NCBI GenBank assembly: GCA_050179755.1 | Contig: JBFXEV010000001.1 | Coordinates: forward strand, 9,994 to 73,993 | DNA from: Candidatus Babeliales bacterium | Lineage (GTDB): Bacteria; Babelota; Babeliae; Babelales; JBFXEV01 | DNA: 64,000 nucleotides | Direction: 5' to 3' | In this document: piece by piece, positions 50,125-59,439 of the stretch | Position numbering within the stretch: the first letter of the stretch is position 1 | How the letters are laid out: each line of letters starts with the position of its first letter | The notes under the pieces: model-generated | Seen by the model: the letters and a program-made list of their open reading frames with translations, nothing else | What the model was told of the DNA's origin: nothing | Databases searched by the model: none | Position numbers and translations under genes: made by a program

Positions 50125-51582
50125 TTACCCACCTTTAATTACTGCTAAAGGTGTCAAGCGCACAACTTTGCGCGCAATTTTAGATTTTTGCACCACATCA
50201 ACCACATCTTCTACGTCTTTATAAGCAATAGGTGCCTCTTCAGAAAGGCCTGCATCTGAATCACAACGAATTAGAATGCCATGCGCTTCAAGGTCTTTAC
50301 GTAATTCTGTACCACGAATAGTTTTTTTAGCTTTTGCCCGCGAAAGCCTACGCCCTGCTCCATGGCATGATGATCCAAATGCAACTTGCATACCTTCTTC
50401 TGTACCCACAAGTACATATGAAGACGTGCCCATGGTTCCAGGAATAAGAACTGGATGGCCGTATGCACGGTATTGCTCCGGAACCTCAGGATGCCCTGCT
50501 GGGAATGCACGCGTTGCGCCCTTGCGATGCACTAATAATTTTGTTGGTTTATCATTCAGAATATGTGTTTCTAATTTGCCCATGTTATGTGAAAGATCAT
50601 ACACCATAGACACTTTAGCATCTTTGCCCACTGTAGCCTCAAATGCTTCGCGCACCCAATGGCCAATCAAGTGCCGATTTGCCCATGCAAAATTTGCAGC
50701 GCCTTTCATAGCACTAAAATACTCTTGCGCTTCACGCGTTTGAAAGGGCGCACATACAAGCTCTCGGTCAGGTAATTCAATACCCCATTCTTTTACTTTT
50801 GGCATCATCAAACGCACATAGTCAGTGCATACTTGATGACCAAGTCCACGGGAGCCACAATGAATCATCACAACGACTTGATTGAGCTTTAAGCCAAAGG
50901 CTTGTGCAATTTTTGCATCAAAAATTTCATCAACACGTTGTACTTCAAGAAAGTGATTACCTGAACCTAAAGTTCCAAGTTGATCAGACCCTCTTTTTTT
51001 TGCTTGCTCAGAAATAGAACGCGGATCAGCATCAGGCATGCACCCATTTTCTTCACAACGGTCAATATCACCGAGCTGGCCATACCCTTGCGTAAGCATA
51101 TATGGCGCACCACCTTTAATAACGTTATCAAGCTCACCAAGAGATAATTTAACTTTGCCTCCTTGCCCCACGCCAGAGGGCACGCGTGCAAAAAGTTCAT
51201 CAGCAAGTTTGGGCAAATACGGTTTGAGTTCATCAGCATTCATATTTACCGCAAGCAAGCGAACGCCACAATTAATATCATAGCCAATGCCACCAGGAGA
51301 AATAACACCACCTTGATCAACAATTGTTGCTGCTACGCCGCCAATTGGAAAACCATATCCTTGATGAATATCTGGCATGGCCAGTGCACGCTTTGCAATA
51401 CCAGGAAGCGTTGCTACATTTGCAAGCTGCCATAATGAACGATCTTCTAAAATATCATCTATTATTGCTTCACTTGCAAATAAACGCGCGGGAACTTGCA
51501 TATCTGCTCTGAATTCTCTTGGAATTTCATAAACAGTTTCATCAAGTTTTATTAAATCTTTTTTCTTTACTTCTTGTTCCAT
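50125..51582 (-). CDS. rtcB: RNA-splicing/repair ligase RtcB
   Basis: MPDIHQGYGFPIGG, GYDINCG, GTLGSGNHFLE, HCGSRG, HRKGATRA and HGAGR. Confidence 0.97.
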   Translation of the reverse strand: MEQEVKKKDLIKLDETVYEIPREFRADMQVPARLFASEAIIDDILEDRSLWQLANVATLPGIAKRALAMPDIHQGYGFPIGGVAATIVDQGGVISPGGIGYDINCGVRLLAVNMNADELKPYLPKLADELFARVPSGVGQGGKVKLSLGELDNVIKGGAPYMLTQGYGQLGDIDRCEENGCMPDADPRSISEQAKKRGSDQLGTLGSGNHFLEVQRVDEIFDAKIAQAFGLKLNQVVVMIHCGSRGLGHQVCTDYVRLMMPKVKEWGIELPDRELVCAPFQTREAQEYFSAMKGAANFAWANRHLIGHWVREAFEATVGKDAKVSMVYDLSHNMGKLETHILNDKPTKLLVHRKGATRAFPAGHPEVPEQYRAYGHPVLIPGTMGTSSYVLVGTEEGMQVAFGSSCHGAGRRLSRAKAKKTIRGTELRKDLEAHGILIRCDSDAGLSEEAPIAYKDVEDVVDVVQKSKIARKVVRLTPLAVIKGG

Positions 51583-51590
51583 TTTAAAAC

Positions 51591-52028
51591 CTATATATCA
51601 AACACAATATCTACTTGATACCCATCATTAGTTTTAAGTATTTTAAGATCGTGATAAGTAACCGCTTTAATTTCAATGCCAAACCGTTTAACTGGCACAC
51701 CCTTAATCGTTGCTTCTAATGCGCGTTCATTAAATATGTGTACATCAACCGCAAGATAAGCCTCATTATGCACATCACTTAAATATAACGCTTCAGATAA
51801 AAAATCAATAAGGAGCAAATCAACTTCAGATGAAGCTATTTTAATAGTGTGATGCGCAGGTAATAATTGGCAAACCACTCGCTCATCTATAATCTTACAT
51901 TGAGGAACAACGGGCTCAATAGATTGGAACATACCAATAAGAGCATTAGAAAATAATTCAGACAATGATGCCCCATAAACCCGAATTTTTAAATCGGCTG
52001 TATGGGGCAACGCTTCAAAATCTCTCAT
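51591..52028 (-). CDS. Archease
   Basis: HTAD, EIKAVTYH and terminal VFDI; directly upstream of rtcB. Confidence 0.93.
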   Translation of the reverse strand: MRDFEALPHTADLKIRVYGASLSELFSNALIGMFQSIEPVVPQCKIIDERVVCQLLPAHHTIKIASSEVDLLLIDFLSEALYLSDVHNEAYLAVDVHIFNERALEATIKGVPVKRFGIEIKAVTYHDLKILKTNDGYQVDIVFDI

Positions 52029-52039
52029 GAATATCTTAT

Positions 52040-52600
52040 CTAGTAATTACCACAACCACTTGACCAACACGATGCACCGCAAGCCTCAGCAACTACTCTT
52101 TTTGGAACTTTAACAAGAACTGTTTTCCAATAACCTGGAAATATAATTTCTTCTGTTCTTATCTCATATTCATCTTCTTGAGGTCGAGTTGAAGCTCCTT
52201 CTGCCGTTGGCTTTTCTGCTACCATTACTCTTGCAGCAGCATTTAATTGTTCTTGAGATGCTACTCGAGCCACGCCAATAGCCGCAACCCTTGCCACTAA
52301 TCCTGAGCTGCCCGCATCCATTCTTTCTTGAGGTGCAGTGGCGACATGGTCTGTAGCATCTGTCATCGCAACAGCTGACGGTGCTTGAGCATGCAGATTG
52401 GTAATATCTTTAAGCGGAACTTTATTACTATCGGAAGAAGAAGAAAGCTGCGTACGGCCTTGGTCTGGTAAATCTGCCAATTCTTGTCTTGATGGTATTC
52501 TAGTAACAGTACCAGGAATAGCTACGCTGGGCAGCATTCCTTGTGCCACATCAAAAAATCCGAAAAAAACCAACCCGAAAAAAAACGAACGTTTGAGCAT
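52040..52600 (-). CDS. Hypothetical secreted low-complexity protein
   Basis: Signal-peptide-like start MLKRSFFFGLVFFGFFDVAQG; Ala/Ser-rich body. Confidence 0.55.
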   Translation of the reverse strand: MLKRSFFFGLVFFGFFDVAQGMLPSVAIPGTVTRIPSRQELADLPDQGRTQLSSSSDSNKVPLKDITNLHAQAPSAVAMTDATDHVATAPQERMDAGSSGLVARVAAIGVARVASQEQLNAAARVMVAEKPTAEGASTRPQEDEYEIRTEEIIFPGYWKTVLVKVPKRVVAEACGASCWSSGCGNY

Positions 52601-52773
52601 AAAACATCCTTGTTTGAAAATAATATTAATTTTATTGCATATGCCGCATAAAACTCTTGATTAGTGTAGCAGATCTTATGTGCGTGTCGAACGATTTTTT
52701 TAAAAAAGACCATTTGTTAATTACCTAAATCTGGAGTACACCTAGTATAAGTTATTTTTAAAAAGGGATTTTT

Positions 52774-54234
52774 ATGAACAAATTTTGCTCTTTCATGTAC
52801 CTTATGCTTATATTTGCTTCACTAAACGCACACGAAAATAAACTACCCAGAGCGCGTTCAAAAGAACTGGCGTATGAACGCCACTTACTAAGTTCTTTTT
52901 GTTTTGACCAAACAATGGACCCAATTGTTTTTAAATATCTATTTTCAAATAATCTCCAGTATGCTCAAGATTTTGCAGATCGTCTTAATGCTATCATTAA
53001 AGTTTTTTTTAATCTCGTAAGCGCAGATATTTGTATGCGCACGCACGCATGCCTTATCTTTACCAAACTTCAGATTGAAGAACCCTATAATGGTACGCTG
53101 CAAAAAGTAATTAATGAACTTATCCCTCTCTATTTTGATTCCCATGGTTGCCTTGTGCATCTTGACGCACAAGACACAAAAACACGTAATTTTTGCATTG
53201 CACAGTTATTAAAAAATGGCATAGATAATGATACTTATAAAAAGCTTCTTCATATCTTTAATTTCAATGATGTGGCGTGCTATGAAGAAAAAACAAGCTC
53301 ATATATAAGTGAAAACCTCTATCATTTTGCTACAGGCGGCTGGCTGCCATCTATTACCTGGTACCCACATAACATTAAACAACGTATTGCTGAGCACGCG
53401 CACAATCGGCACATTGAAGAATTACTTACTTTATGCGTAGACACTGACTTTATTGTTGCTCATAGTTTTATTACTACGCATTCACACCCAGTATTACGCG
53501 AGCTTTTTACTGAAAGTTATAAAGACTATACGCAAAAATACTGTAATGCCTGCGGCATTATCAAAGAATATGAAGATGATCCTTATTGGGCATCGCTCTC
53601 ACCCGAAGATCAAGCGCACTATAGCAATGATTTAGAAAAAATTATGGCGCTAAATACGACATTAAAAAAGCGATCCGAACAAAAAAGGAAACTCCAAGAA
53701 AATTGGGCAATAGATGAACATGCACCTACCTATGTGCATGCAACGCTTTTTGAACTCCTTGAATTTCTTGAAACAACCAGTTATTGTATAGGCCATATAT
53801 TTGAAATCATGCAAAAATATTCCGCTGACGAACAGCAAGAATTGCAAAAAGCTCTCTTTCTCAAAAACGGGATCCTTAAACAATTTGCTCTTTTTAGCGA
53901 TTCTTCACGTTATTCTTTCCCGCAGCAACTTTTTTCTGAACCAGATATGCTTCTTGAAATAAATAAACTTTTCTATCTTCAGCATATGCATCAAAATTCA
54001 TATGAAGGTATTATTGCTCGTATTACCTTAGATCAACTGCATGCATTCTATGATCCGCAACTTAACAAAATGCCCAAATTGATTGATTATGATTTAGAGA
54101 CGATGCAAAATCCCAGCTTTTTTACACGCATGCAATCAAGAATAGAGAAAATTACAAATCGCATGCCATATTACACAACAACCTATACTTCGATTAAGAA
54201 GGCAATTGCATATATCATAAGTAATTTTTCTTAA
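52774..54234 (+). CDS. Secreted protein paralogous to the central region of the downstream toxin, without the nuclease tip
   Basis: RTHACLIF, ELIP.YFD, LKNGI, ATG.WLPS.TWYP and ALFL.NGILK are shared with 54299..57130. Confidence 0.8.
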   Translation: MNKFCSFMYLMLIFASLNAHENKLPRARSKELAYERHLLSSFCFDQTMDPIVFKYLFSNNLQYAQDFADRLNAIIKVFFNLVSADICMRTHACLIFTKLQIEEPYNGTLQKVINELIPLYFDSHGCLVHLDAQDTKTRNFCIAQLLKNGIDNDTYKKLLHIFNFNDVACYEEKTSSYISENLYHFATGGWLPSITWYPHNIKQRIAEHAHNRHIEELLTLCVDTDFIVAHSFITTHSHPVLRELFTESYKDYTQKYCNACGIIKEYEDDPYWASLSPEDQAHYSNDLEKIMALNTTLKKRSEQKRKLQENWAIDEHAPTYVHATLFELLEFLETTSYCIGHIFEIMQKYSADEQQELQKALFLKNGILKQFALFSDSSRYSFPQQLFSEPDMLLEINKLFYLQHMHQNSYEGIIARITLDQLHAFYDPQLNKMPKLIDYDLETMQNPSFFTRMQSRIEKITNRMPYYTTTYTSIKKAIAYIISNFS

Positions 54235-54298
54235 CCATTGCTTAAATAAGAAAACTATAGTACAAATAGTAGGTCGGTATGTACATCACAGGAGCCAT

Positions 54299-57130
54299 AT
54301 GCTACAAAGACCTCGATTACGAAAATTAGCTTTATGTTTATTGATATTAATTCTATTCGATGAAATAGTTATACAAAAATGTAAACCAATTGCTCCTGCT
54401 GTGGCGTTAGCACCAATAGCCTATGAAACAATCTTACTCAGTGCTGCTGCAGCAACTTCAATTTATAGTGCATACTTGTTAACACAAATTTCAGACCCTG
54501 TCTTGCGCACTCATAGTCAAACATTGCCAACTATAGCTCAAGAACTAAAAGAAATTTTCCCAAGCACACCTTCTCATGTCCCTCACTCGCCAGATTTTAT
54601 CGCACAGGCTTTAGAAGAATCTGTTGGTCAGGCTTCCTATAAAAAAGCTTATAAAAGCCAATTCACTAAAATCCAAGAGCAATCTTTAATAAACACAATC
54701 AATACAAATATAGTCCATCCTGCTATCGCACGTAATAAGCATATTAACTCAATACCTTCACAACAATTAAGTACAACGCCACTTACACCCTCATTACCAA
54801 GTTCACCAATACAATTTACCTATCAACCAAATGCAATCCATTTTGAAGTCCCACATATCAATACATATGGATCAATAGCGGTAACTGAGGAAAGACCACT
54901 ATCCTCAGTTCGTCAACAAATCATTAACAATTGCCATGAACATGCACTAGATGAATTTCTTTTCAATGAACGGTGCAAACATATTCCAGGTTATCTGGCT
55001 AATTTTACCGAGCAGCTTAACGAGATCATCTTAGTTTTTCATGATTTAGTAAGTGAGGATATCTATAAACGCACACATGCTTGCCTTATTTTTCCTCATA
55101 TAAGTATTGAAGGGCCATTTAACTATACGCTGCAAAATGTAATTCATGAGCTCATTCCCTTCTACTTTGACACTGAAGGAAAATTGGAAAGGCTGTTTCC
55201 GCATAACAAAGTAACTCATGATTTTATTATCGCAAAATTTCTTAAAAATGGTATCAATAGATCCACGTACCTACAACTTCTTAAAACCTTCAATTTTAAG
55301 GAAGTCCTTGAACATGAAGAAAACCTCGGGTCTTATCTTTGGAATGGGGTCAAACATACGGCAACTGGGGCTTGGTTGCCAAGCCTCACTTGGTATCCTC
55401 GCGATATTAAAAAATTAATCAGCCACAACAACTTTAATCATGGGCTTGAACAAATTTTAACGCTCTGTAGTAAAAATAAATTTGTAGAAGCACAAAATAT
55501 TGTTAACTCCGCGGGGCTTGAAGTTCTTGCGTGGCAAGAACTCTACCAACAATGTTATCATGCATTCAAAAGTAAATACTGTGATAGTTATGGCATATTA
55601 ATCGAGTATCTAAGCGATCCTCTCTGGGCGAATGCCACTAACGAAGCTAAAGCTGAACTTGCAAGAAACATAATGGATGTCACTACCTTTAATAATGCGC
55701 TTGCAGTTCGCTCAATTCAAAAAAAGTCTATAGAAAAGTCTTGGGGCATAGCATCAGACGCACCTACGTGTGTGCATAACGCGGTCTATTGTCTTATAGA
55801 CCTTCTAGGAACAGGTACCGAATTTATTGATAAAGTTCATGAATTAATCGCACAAGAAGATAAATTTAAACGAGATGCATTAATTGAAGCGCTTTTTTTA
55901 CCAAACGGTATCTTAAAAGATTTTAGCCATTTTTCTGCAATTGATACGTATCATTTTCCAAAAGATATTCTTACTCAACCAAAATTGCTAAAGAAAATAA
56001 ATACGTTATTTTATCAGCAACATATATTTGCTGGAAGTGAGCAGGGAACTAATGCTGCTATTAAATTAAATACACTTCAAGCGATATATGATACTAGATT
56101 CTCAAGTAACATTCCACAAGCAAAAACTAGCGAATACTGGCCATTTGACCAAGAGAATACAAACTTTAAGGAACAAATACTCAAACGAGCCCTTGCAGTG
56201 AGTCACTACCTTGCTGATTATTCTAATACAATGTATAAATCAGTGCGCAATGCTATTCTGGATATTGCACCCTCTTTATTCCTTGCAAATGAAAATACTG
56301 AACCAACGCCACAGAATGAGCCGCCGCCTGGCGAACAAGTTCCTTTTGAGGAAGATGCACCAACGCCTGAAACAAAGCCAGATTCAGAAGAAGAGGTAAT
56401 TGCTCCAGAAGTAGTTTTTGAACCAACTAAGCCAAGTAAATCGACCCCTTCAAGCTCTGGAAGTAATTTATTAGATCCAAGCAATGGAACTCCACCTCTT
56501 GAAAATGAACCCTCAATATATTATATTCCACGTGAACTACCTAATGATCCTGAGGATTGGGCCAAAGAGAAGAATGGAATAAAACCTTGGGTTCCACCTT
56601 CAAGTAATTGGAAGTCTGAACAAGCAAAGGCTTATTTGCAATTTCTTGGGCAAGGATTTTTGCGCACGGGCTTGGCAGCAATGGGTATTCCCTTTGAAGA
56701 CTTTGAATACGCTTTAGAAATATTTAAAAATATTCCTGGTTTCTTATCCAACAATAGTGCATTCCAACAAATCATACGCTATTGCTATAGACAGCCAATT
56801 AAAAACTGGCATCAAATTAAAGGTTTTATTTATGAAATTCAGACGGCATTACGGGTTGACACAAATCGAGAGCAAATAATTGAGTTTGGTAGAAAAGTGC
56901 CAAGCGGGGAAATTGATATTATTACAACGACACGTTTTATTGAATGTAAAAATATTAAATGGGAAAATAATATTGACGCAATTAATGATTGTAAGAATAC
57001 TATTGGAAAACAAATAAAACATATTCATGAAGAATTAGGCAAAAGGCTTACAGTCTTTTCAAAAGAACCGCTACCACAAGAATTAAAAAATTGGTTTATT
57101 AAAAAAAATATAGAATATTTCGAGGGTTAA
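54299..57130 (+). CDS. Putative polymorphic toxin with C-terminal PD-(D/E)xK (restriction-endonuclease-like) domain
   Basis: Signal-like N-terminus, helical carrier region, Pro/Glu-rich linker, then KGFIYE...EIDII....IECK; followed directly by small homologous genes. Confidence 0.7.
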   Translation: MLQRPRLRKLALCLLILILFDEIVIQKCKPIAPAVALAPIAYETILLSAAAATSIYSAYLLTQISDPVLRTHSQTLPTIAQELKEIFPSTPSHVPHSPDFIAQALEESVGQASYKKAYKSQFTKIQEQSLINTINTNIVHPAIARNKHINSIPSQQLSTTPLTPSLPSSPIQFTYQPNAIHFEVPHINTYGSIAVTEERPLSSVRQQIINNCHEHALDEFLFNERCKHIPGYLANFTEQLNEIILVFHDLVSEDIYKRTHACLIFPHISIEGPFNYTLQNVIHELIPFYFDTEGKLERLFPHNKVTHDFIIAKFLKNGINRSTYLQLLKTFNFKEVLEHEENLGSYLWNGVKHTATGAWLPSLTWYPRDIKKLISHNNFNHGLEQILTLCSKNKFVEAQNIVNSAGLEVLAWQELYQQCYHAFKSKYCDSYGILIEYLSDPLWANATNEAKAELARNIMDVTTFNNALAVRSIQKKSIEKSWGIASDAPTCVHNAVYCLIDLLGTGTEFIDKVHELIAQEDKFKRDALIEALFLPNGILKDFSHFSAIDTYHFPKDILTQPKLLKKINTLFYQQHIFAGSEQGTNAAIKLNTLQAIYDTRFSSNIPQAKTSEYWPFDQENTNFKEQILKRALAVSHYLADYSNTMYKSVRNAILDIAPSLFLANENTEPTPQNEPPPGEQVPFEEDAPTPETKPDSEEEVIAPEVVFEPTKPSKSTPSSSGSNLLDPSNGTPPLENEPSIYYIPRELPNDPEDWAKEKNGIKPWVPPSSNWKSEQAKAYLQFLGQGFLRTGLAAMGIPFEDFEYALEIFKNIPGFLSNNSAFQQIIRYCYRQPIKNWHQIKGFIYEIQTALRVDTNREQIIEFGRKVPSGEIDIITTTRFIECKNIKWENNIDAINDCKNTIGKQIKHIHEELGKRLTVFSKEPLPQELKNWFIKKNIEYFEG

Positions 57131-57556
57131 ATGGGAATCATGCATAGCGTGAAAATTAAAGTTCATGCCTTCTTTCAAGAAAACTCAATTGAATTAATAC
57201 TACAGCAAGCCGTAGACGCTCGGTATAAACTGTATATTGCAGAAGATTATGAATATTTCAAGCCTGAAAAAAATTCAATAATTTCGCCTCGAACTGCTAC
57301 AAAAACAATTTTCAAAATATATCAGGAAACTAACTATGGTGGCCCGATTATTGCAAAACTTGATGAAACGGAAGTTCTTTTATCTTTTAATTTCGAAAAT
57401 CCATACCTTATAGTTAAAATAACACTTTTTTCAAATGACTGGGAAAAGGAATTCCCAAATGGCGAAAGTCAAAAAGATTTTGCCCGTTACATTTCCTTTT
57501 TGCTCAAAATCACACAGGATTTCCCAATAAGCAATTTGGAAATTAAATACCTTTAA
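57131..57556 (+). CDS. Putative cognate immunity protein 1
   Basis: ATG immediately follows the toxin TAA; family motif NGESQKDFARYISFLLKITQDFPI. Confidence 0.7.
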   Translation: MGIMHSVKIKVHAFFQENSIELILQQAVDARYKLYIAEDYEYFKPEKNSIISPRTATKTIFKIYQETNYGGPIIAKLDETEVLLSFNFENPYLIVKITLFSNDWEKEFPNGESQKDFARYISFLLKITQDFPISNLEIKYL

Positions 57557-57579
57557 GCTTAATTATATTTGAGGGCTAA

Positions 57580-58005
57580 ATGGGAATCATGCACACAATT
57601 AAGATAGTCCTTAAAGATTACCTAAAAGAAGAATCTGTTGAATCAATATTAAAGAGAGCAATTGAAGCTAATTGCGGTATATATATATCAGAAGATTACA
57701 TATTTTTTGAAGATGAAAAAAATCATGCTATTTCTGCTGATATAGCCACTAAAAAAATTTTTAAAACAAACCACGAAACGGATGATGTTAAAGGGATTAT
57801 TATTAAAATTAACAATACAGAAATTGCTTTATCATTTAATCATGATGATTCAAATCTTGTTGCGTATTTAACTCCATTAGTATCCCGCTCAGAAAGAGAT
57901 TTTCTCAATGGCGAATCTCAAAAAGATTTTGCCCGCTATATTTCTTTGTTGCTGACTATCACTCAAGATTTTCCATTAATAGATATAGAAATACTGTACC
58001 AATAA
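57580..58005 (+). CDS. Putative immunity protein 2 (paralog)
   Basis: MGIMH start and NGESQKDFARYISLLLTITQDFPL. Confidence 0.7.
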   Translation: MGIMHTIKIVLKDYLKEESVESILKRAIEANCGIYISEDYIFFEDEKNHAISADIATKKIFKTNHETDDVKGIIIKINNTEIALSFNHDDSNLVAYLTPLVSRSERDFLNGESQKDFARYISLLLTITQDFPLIDIEILYQ

Positions 58006-58059
58006 ATTAATTTATAATGTTTAAAACTTAAAACATAATACTTACTAAATAGAAACACT

Positions 58060-58464
58060 ATGGAAAAAATACCTACTGCTAGAATCATCCTTAATGATTA
58101 CTTAGTAAAAGAATCAGTTGAATTAATATTAAAAAGAGCACTAGAAGATCACTGTACATTATATATCTTAGAAGAACAGAATAACCACCTTGCTTCTGCA
58201 CAAATAGCAACTCAGTTTATTTTTAAAATGCACAACGAAACTAATCAAGGAGGCACAATCATTGTAAAAGTTGAAAATACCACGATGCTATTATCCTTTA
58301 AATCTAATTTACCAGATCTGCTAGTCGATATAACACCCCTTTCTAATCATTGGAAAAAAACATTCTTGAATGGCGAATATCAAATTGACCTTGCACGATA
58401 TCTTTCGTTGCTATTATTAATTACTCAAGATTTTCCCATTATTAATATAGAAATTTTACACTAA
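58060..58464 (+). CDS. Putative immunity protein 3 (paralog)
   Basis: ESVELILKRA and NGEYQIDLARYLSLLLLITQDFPI. Confidence 0.7.
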   Translation: MEKIPTARIILNDYLVKESVELILKRALEDHCTLYILEEQNNHLASAQIATQFIFKMHNETNQGGTIIVKVENTTMLLSFKSNLPDLLVDITPLSNHWKKTFLNGEYQIDLARYLSLLLLITQDFPIINIEILH

Positions 58465-58514
58465 CCCCAACCTTCGGATGATATTAAAATGAGCAAGCTA
58501 CTTATGAGGGCTAA

Positions 58515-58927
58515 ATGGGCTTAGATCGCATAATCAAATTAACATTCACAGAACCATTAGAAAAAAATCACATTAGAAGTATTGTTACAAAACCATAGAC
58601 TTAGGTTCTGTATTTTATAATTATCCAGAAGAAGAATTTGCATGTAATCTTCTTTCTACAACGGATATTGTAGAACACTTCTATCAAAAAAATAACAACG
58701 GGGACTTTGGTGGAGGCCTTTTTGTGTATATTGATTCTAGTTATTTTATGCTCTCCATATATCAACAAAAAAACAAAAAAGCTACATTGAGTATATTCCT
58801 TGAAGTAGATTATTGGGAACATCCCCAATTTGAGTATGATTGTGACTACGAAAGATATATTAGATTTTTACTTAAAATTATTCAGCAAGTGCCATTGCAC
58901 ACTATCTCAATTGAATTCGAAATGTAA
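58515..58927 (+). pseudogene. Frameshifted immunity-like paralog 4
   Basis: ATG 58515 after gagggctaa reads MGLDRIIKLTF...IVTKP then stop. Restoring one base near 58590 continues through IDLGSVFYNY... into the track ORF ending DYERYIRFLLKIIQQVPL. Confidence 0.7.
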
Positions 58928-58931
58928 TAAG

Positions 58932-59408
58932 ATGCATAATATACCATTAATACAAATACAATTAGCATGTAGCTTCAGTGAAGAATATATTACACTTATT
59001 TTAAAACGTCTTCATAACGTAAATTGCTTCTTTTTTCATCTTTCTGAGAAAGAGAAAAGCCCTGAAATAAGAAATAAAATTTCATTAGAAACTGCTGCAG
59101 AATATCTCAGTAATCCATTAAACCGGGAGCCCAATATCCTGGGTATTTTAGTAAATATCAAAACTTATTATTTTGTACTTACTATTTATAGCAATGATTC
59201 ATTAGCAAGCGCTTTATGCTTAGGCATTTCACCTTTGGAAGCAACTACAGACATTAGTCCTTGGGTTTTATCATTATTAAATATTGTTCAGGGCGCGCCT
59301 ATTGAATCTATAAGCACCATCAATAAGGGATCGTCATCTTATTGGGAGTATGGTCGAATTGCTGAATCCAAAAGATTACGCGAAGAAGAAACAAACAAAT
59401 CTTCTTGA
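58932..59408 (+). CDS. Divergent immunity-like paralog 5
   Basis: Likely ATG at 58932 (the track starts at 58830). EEYITLILKR, ISLETA, GILVNI and DISPWVLSLLNIVQGAPI align with the family. Confidence 0.55.
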   Translation: MHNIPLIQIQLACSFSEEYITLILKRLHNVNCFFFHLSEKEKSPEIRNKISLETAAEYLSNPLNREPNILGILVNIKTYYFVLTIYSNDSLASALCLGISPLEATTDISPWVLSLLNIVQGAPIESISTINKGSSSYWEYGRIAESKRLREEETNKSS

Positions 59409-59439
59409 TAGATGCAATAAGTCACTATACGCTATATGC

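Noticed and set aside
54299..57130. Restriction-modification endonuclease
   Set aside because: No methyltransferase nearby; the signal peptide and downstream small-gene array fit a toxin better.
58601..58828. Minus-strand 75-aa ORF and the many other short (60-155 aa) ORFs overlapping long genes
   Set aside because: They lie antisense or out of frame within well-supported genes and have no recognisable motifs.
52774..59408. Prophage or integrative element
   Set aside because: No integrase, transposase, structural phage genes or flanking att repeats were seen.
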